Part shown: in pieces, positions 16,575-20,000 of the stretch
Layout of the letters: each line of letters starts with the position of its first letter
Position numbering within the stretch: the stretch's first letter is position 1
IMG/VR virus record: IMGVR_UViG_3300009503_000955
Length of the DNA stretch: 20,000 bases
DNA from: an uncultured virus (IMG/VR IMGVR_UViG_3300009503_000955)
Taxonomy: Duplodnaviria > Heunggongvirae > Uroviricota > Caudoviricetes
Direction: 5' to 3' (one strand)
Made by a program: the position numbers and the translations under genes
The notes under the pieces: generated by a model
Told to the model about the DNA's origin: nothing
The model's input: only the letters and a program-made list of their open reading frames with translations
Databases searched by the model: none

Positions 16575-16852
16575 TGAAGAATAAAATACAGTTAAGTAAT
16601 AATCTTCAATTAAGATTAAGAAAATTAAAAAAGTCAGATGGGCTTATGACTTTTAATAAAGGTAAATGGTATATTACTATAGACGAAAATTTAAATTTAG
16701 TGAGACAAATTTCTACTTTTTTTCATGAATTTATTCATTATATATTTTCATCTGGAGAGCTTTTAGCTGATGAAGAAAAGAAGTTGCTTATGGTAGAAGA
16801 AAAAGTAAAAAAAGGTATTGAATTTTTGATAAAAAAAGCTTTATTTGGATAG
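16574..16852 (+). CDS. Small HExxH-motif protein (ImmA/IrrE-like zincin fragment)
   Basis: GLM...ITIDENL...TFFHEFIH. Start overlaps the polA stop (TAATG). Confidence 0.65.
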   Translation: MKNKIQLSNNLQLRLRKLKKSDGLMTFNKGKWYITIDENLNLVRQISTFFHEFIHYIFSSGELLADEEKKLLMVEEKVKKGIEFLIKKALFG

Positions 16853-16861
16853 GAGGTGAAA

Positions 16862-17206
16862 ATGCCTTATATTAAAAAAGAAAATAGAAAAAAATTTGAT
16901 GTGAAAATAGTAGATTTAGCTAAGGAGATTGAGACAGAGGGGGAGTTGAATTATGTTATTACAAAAATATGTCTAAGGTGGTTATATAAACATAAAGTAT
17001 GCTATAGTGTTTTAAATAGTATTATTGGGGTTCTTTTTTGTGTAATACAAGAGTTTTATAGAAGAATAGTATCAATTTATGAAGATAATAAAATAGAAGA
17101 AAATGGAGATGTTTTTGATAATTATTTGGATATAAATGTTTTAAAGAAGAAAGATGATAAAAATATAAATAAAAATAACGATAATAATGATGATAACAAT
17201 GAGTAA
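16862..17206 (+). CDS. Phage-type hypothetical protein (MPYI...GELNY...EFYRR...YED pattern)
   Basis: The pattern is familiar from phage nucleotide-metabolism regions. AGGAGG RBS. Low-complexity N/D tail. Confidence 0.7.
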   Translation: MPYIKKENRKKFDVKIVDLAKEIETEGELNYVITKICLRWLYKHKVCYSVLNSIIGVLFCVIQEFYRRIVSIYEDNKIEENGDVFDNYLDINVLKKKDDKNINKNNDNNDDNNE

Positions 17207-17229
17207 AATGATTAAAAAAGGAGGGAGAA

Positions 17230-17694
17230 ATGAAAGGATTAAAAGTATATTTAGCGCATCCAATAAGTGGATTATCTTATGATGAAGTTATAGAATATTA
17301 TTCTGAGATTTCAAAAATACTGGAATCTGTAGGATATATAGTATTTCATCCGATGAAAGCAAAAGATGTTTTAAAAGGAGAAAAGAAATTTGAAAAAAGT
17401 GGTTATGTTTCAAATCCTGTTGTTAAGGACCACGCAATTAAAGAGAGAGATAAATGGATGGTTAAAAATAGTGATATTCTGTTTGTAAATTTTGAAAATA
17501 CGAAAGATGTATCAATAGGTTGTGTTGCAGAATTAGCGTGGGCAGATGATACTCCTACAGTTCATTCAATAGTTGTATTACCTAAAAATAACATACATAA
17601 CCACGCTTTTATAAAAGAAATGGCTGATATTATTTTTGAAACTACTGAAGAAGCATTAGAATATTTAGAAGCACTAATTAAATCAGAAGAATGA
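17230..17694 (+). CDS. Nucleoside 2-deoxyribosyltransferase / nucleotide N-hydrolase family protein
   Basis: KVYLAHPISG, RDKWMVKNSDILFVN, SIGCVAELAWA with the conserved nucleophile-position Glu. Confidence 0.8.
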   Translation: MKGLKVYLAHPISGLSYDEVIEYYSEISKILESVGYIVFHPMKAKDVLKGEKKFEKSGYVSNPVVKDHAIKERDKWMVKNSDILFVNFENTKDVSIGCVAELAWADDTPTVHSIVVLPKNNIHNHAFIKEMADIIFETTEEALEYLEALIKSEE

Positions 17695-17724
17695 ATTTAA
17701 TTGTAATTAAATTATAAAAAGGAG

Positions 17725-18243
17725 GTGATTATGCTAATAAATCCTAAAATCGCAGTTGAAAAAAAGTGGATTTATCCAGTAAATGATAATCAAATTCATT
17801 CTAATGGTATAGATTTAAGACTTAATAGAGTTATTTTAGTTGGATGTGGAATTTTTACATTATATAAAAGTGGTAAGAAAGAATTGACTAAGTATACAGA
17901 ATTGATAGCTCAAGATAATTTTTTCTTTCTTAGAAGATTAAGAGTTTATTATGTAGAAATGATAGAAAAATTAAATATACCAGAAAATGTTTGTGCGTTA
18001 GTTATTCCTAAAAATATTTTAAATAGAAATGGTATTATATTAATATCAGATTTATTTAATCCTAATTTTAAGAATATTATAAATGTTTCTATTTGTCCAA
18101 TTACAAATTTTAAAGTAGAAAAAGAAGCAAGAATAGGACAAGTTATATTTTTAGAATCACAAGATTATAATTCTTATATGAATAAAATTAATGAAAAAAA
18201 TGAAAATAACAAAAGAATTTTTGGAGAAAGTATTAAAACTTAG
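17725..18243 (+). CDS. Trimeric dUTPase/dCTP deaminase-fold protein with degenerate catalytic motifs
   Basis: NGIDLRL, EKLNIPENVCALV and ARIGQVIF are retained. The PRSS-like and DPGY/F-like motifs read PKNI and NPNF. Confidence 0.72.
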   Translation: MIMLINPKIAVEKKWIYPVNDNQIHSNGIDLRLNRVILVGCGIFTLYKSGKKELTKYTELIAQDNFFFLRRLRVYYVEMIEKLNIPENVCALVIPKNILNRNGIILISDLFNPNFKNIINVSICPITNFKVEKEARIGQVIFLESQDYNSYMNKINEKNENNKRIFGESIKT

Positions 18244-19150
18244 AAATGTTAGAGAATGTGGAGACGATTTTATGGCTTCCTGTCCTTTTGAGAATATTTT
18301 ACATGCAGATGGGGAAGATTCTCATCCATCATTTGGTATTCATAAAGAAGAAGGAATTTGGCATTGTTTTGCTTGTGGTAAAGAAGGTAATTTAGTTAGT
18401 TTAGTTAGTCAAGTATTAAGTAAATCTTATGAAGATGCACAAAAAGTTATAAATAGTTATTTCTATAAAGGTATGAATATTGATAAAATAATAAGTAAAA
18501 CAGAAAATTTGATAAAAGAATTTTATAATGGTAATAATGATAATAAGTATTTAGATAAAATTTCTCTTCCAAATGAATATACTAATATTTTACCAGAAAA
18601 AGTATTAAATTTCTTTGAAAGTAGAGGTATAAAATTAGAAGTATTAAAGAAATTCGAAATTGGATTTTGTAAAGATGGTATCTATAAGGATAGAATAATA
18701 TTTCCTATTTTTTTAGATGGAAAACAAGTTAGTTTTGTTTCAAGAAAAATAAATGATAATGAAAATGAAGTTAAGTATTTAAATCCTAAAAATTTTCAAA
18801 AATATGTTTATAATTTATGTTATAATATGGACAAGGCATTTTTAGTAGAAGGACCTTTAGATGTGTTAAAATTGTATTCTCTTGGTTTAAAAAATGTTTG
18901 TGCCTTGTTTGGAGATGATATTACTTATTTTCAAATTCGTTTATTAATTACACATGGAATAAAAAAAGTTTGTTTAATGTTAGATGGAGATGATGCGGGT
19001 AAGAATGCAATAAAAAGAATAATTAGTAAAATAAAACAATTTTTTAGTGTTTCAATAATATATTTATCTGATGGAAAAGATCCTTGTGATATAAAAGATA
19101 GGAAAGAGTTAATGAAACTACTAGAAGCGGAGGTTGATAATGAAAGTTAA
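18191..19150 (+). CDS. dnaG: DnaG-type primase (CHC2 zinc finger + TOPRIM)
   Basis: CPF...H...DSHPSF...WHCFACG, RIIFPI, KYLN, LVEGPLD, LDGDDAG, KDP. ATG 18200 is an alternative start. Confidence 0.92.
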   Translation: MKKMKITKEFLEKVLKLRNVRECGDDFMASCPFENILHADGEDSHPSFGIHKEEGIWHCFACGKEGNLVSLVSQVLSKSYEDAQKVINSYFYKGMNIDKIISKTENLIKEFYNGNNDNKYLDKISLPNEYTNILPEKVLNFFESRGIKLEVLKKFEIGFCKDGIYKDRIIFPIFLDGKQVSFVSRKINDNENEVKYLNPKNFQKYVYNLCYNMDKAFLVEGPLDVLKLYSLGLKNVCALFGDDITYFQIRLLITHGIKKVCLMLDGDDAGKNAIKRIISKIKQFFSVSIIYLSDGKDPCDIKDRKELMKLLEAEVDNES

Positions 19151-19868
19151 TATTTTAATTCTTGCTGGCGGAAAAAGTTTAAGAATGGATGGATTTCCTA
19201 AATGCTTAACTTTAGTAAAGGGTAGAACAATAATGGAGTGGGAACTAGATTGGATAAGTGAAATAAAAAAATATATTAATAAAGTTATAATTTCTTGTGG
19301 TTATAATAAAGAAGTTTTTGAGTATATTCAGGAAATTAAAAAAAGATATTCTTATAATATAACTTCATTTTTTGATGATAATAAGCCATTAGGAGATGCT
19401 GGGGCTATTAAAAAAGCTTTTAATTATTGTAAGAATTCTGAAATTTTATTGTCAATGAATGGGGATACTATTTCTTTATTTTCATTAAAACAAATTTTTG
19501 ACAATATAGATGTATTAAAGAAAGGAAATTATTTTGGTATAATTGTATGTAAACCTTGTAAAGTTCCTTGGGGTCTTTTATCTGTATCTAGAGAAGTTAA
19601 TAAAAATATTTATGAGATTAGTTCTTTTAAAGAAAAACCAATATTAGAATTTAATAGTTGTTTTTCTAAAAATTCTTTTTATATAAGCTGTGGAATATAT
19701 ATTCTTATGAAAAAAATGTATAGATTATTACCAGTTAGTGGTGATTTTGCAAAAGATGTATTACAATATAATTATGATAAATTTTTAATGTATTTGATTA
19801 ATGAAGATGAGTGGTATGCTATAGAAACTCTGAAAGATAAGGAAAATTTTTTACAGATGATAAAATGA
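19140..19868 (+). CDS. Sugar-phosphate nucleotidyltransferase (NTP_transferase family)
   Basis: ILAGGKSLRM, PKCL, PLGDAGAI, NGD, FKEKP, GIYIL. GGAGG RBS before ATG 19140. Confidence 0.9.
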   Translation: MKVNILILAGGKSLRMDGFPKCLTLVKGRTIMEWELDWISEIKKYINKVIISCGYNKEVFEYIQEIKKRYSYNITSFFDDNKPLGDAGAIKKAFNYCKNSEILLSMNGDTISLFSLKQIFDNIDVLKKGNYFGIIVCKPCKVPWGLLSVSREVNKNIYEISSFKEKPILEFNSCFSKNSFYISCGIYILMKKMYRLLPVSGDFAKDVLQYNYDKFLMYLINEDEWYAIETLKDKENFLQMIK

Positions 19869-20000
19869 ATAAATTAGAATTTAATAATTATTTTGATGGA
19901 ATAATTAAAACTAGTATTCAATATTTAACAAAAATATTTTCAGAGGAAGAACTTGTTGAACTGTTTCAATTATTGCGCCATTTTAGAGGTAGGGCTACTC
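19865..20000 (+). CDS. 5' fragment of a hypothetical protein running off the window
   Basis: ATGA overlap with the previous stop. Open frame MNKLEFNNYFDGIIKTSIQYLTKIFSEEELVELFQLLRHFRGRAT to the end. Confidence 0.55.
   Translation, partial: MNKLEFNNYFDGIIKTSIQYLTKIFSEEELVELFQLLRHFRGRAT

Noticed and set aside
17694..17713. Palindrome aatttaatt-gt-aattaaatt
   Set aside because: All-AT 9-bp arms are expected by chance at this composition.
1..20000. Stop-codon reassignment
   Set aside because: Conserved genes are full length under the standard code, and TAA, TAG and TGA all terminate genes at sensible boundaries.

Overview
AT-rich (roughly 25% GC by eye), densely packed window with every credible gene on the + strand. 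It is most likely part of a large dsDNA bacteriophage or prophage-like element with a bacterial host (Shine-Dalgarno sites, DnaA boxes, NusG). Left part: a glycan/methylation cluster (GT8-like fragment, GT2, three class I SAM methyltransferases plus a frameshifted remnant) and a 663-aa orphan. Middle part: a ~2.7 kb block bounded by identical 47-bp repeats that look like ECF-sigma promoters. It carries a GC-rich ~193-nt structured RNA candidate with permuted tRNA-like topology, several small ORFs and an NDP-sugar dehydratase; SNF2 helicase, a NusG paralogue and an Rnl2-like ligase follow. Right part: an oriC-like array of eight DnaA boxes plus inverted repeats, then a complete replication module (wHTH initiator-like protein, DnaC-like loader, DnaB, family-4 UDG-PolA fusion, HExxH protein, nucleoside deoxyribosyltransferase, degenerate dUTPase/dCTP deaminase, DnaG) and a sugar-phosphate nucleotidyltransferase. 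All calls come from motif reading only; no searches or folding programs were run.
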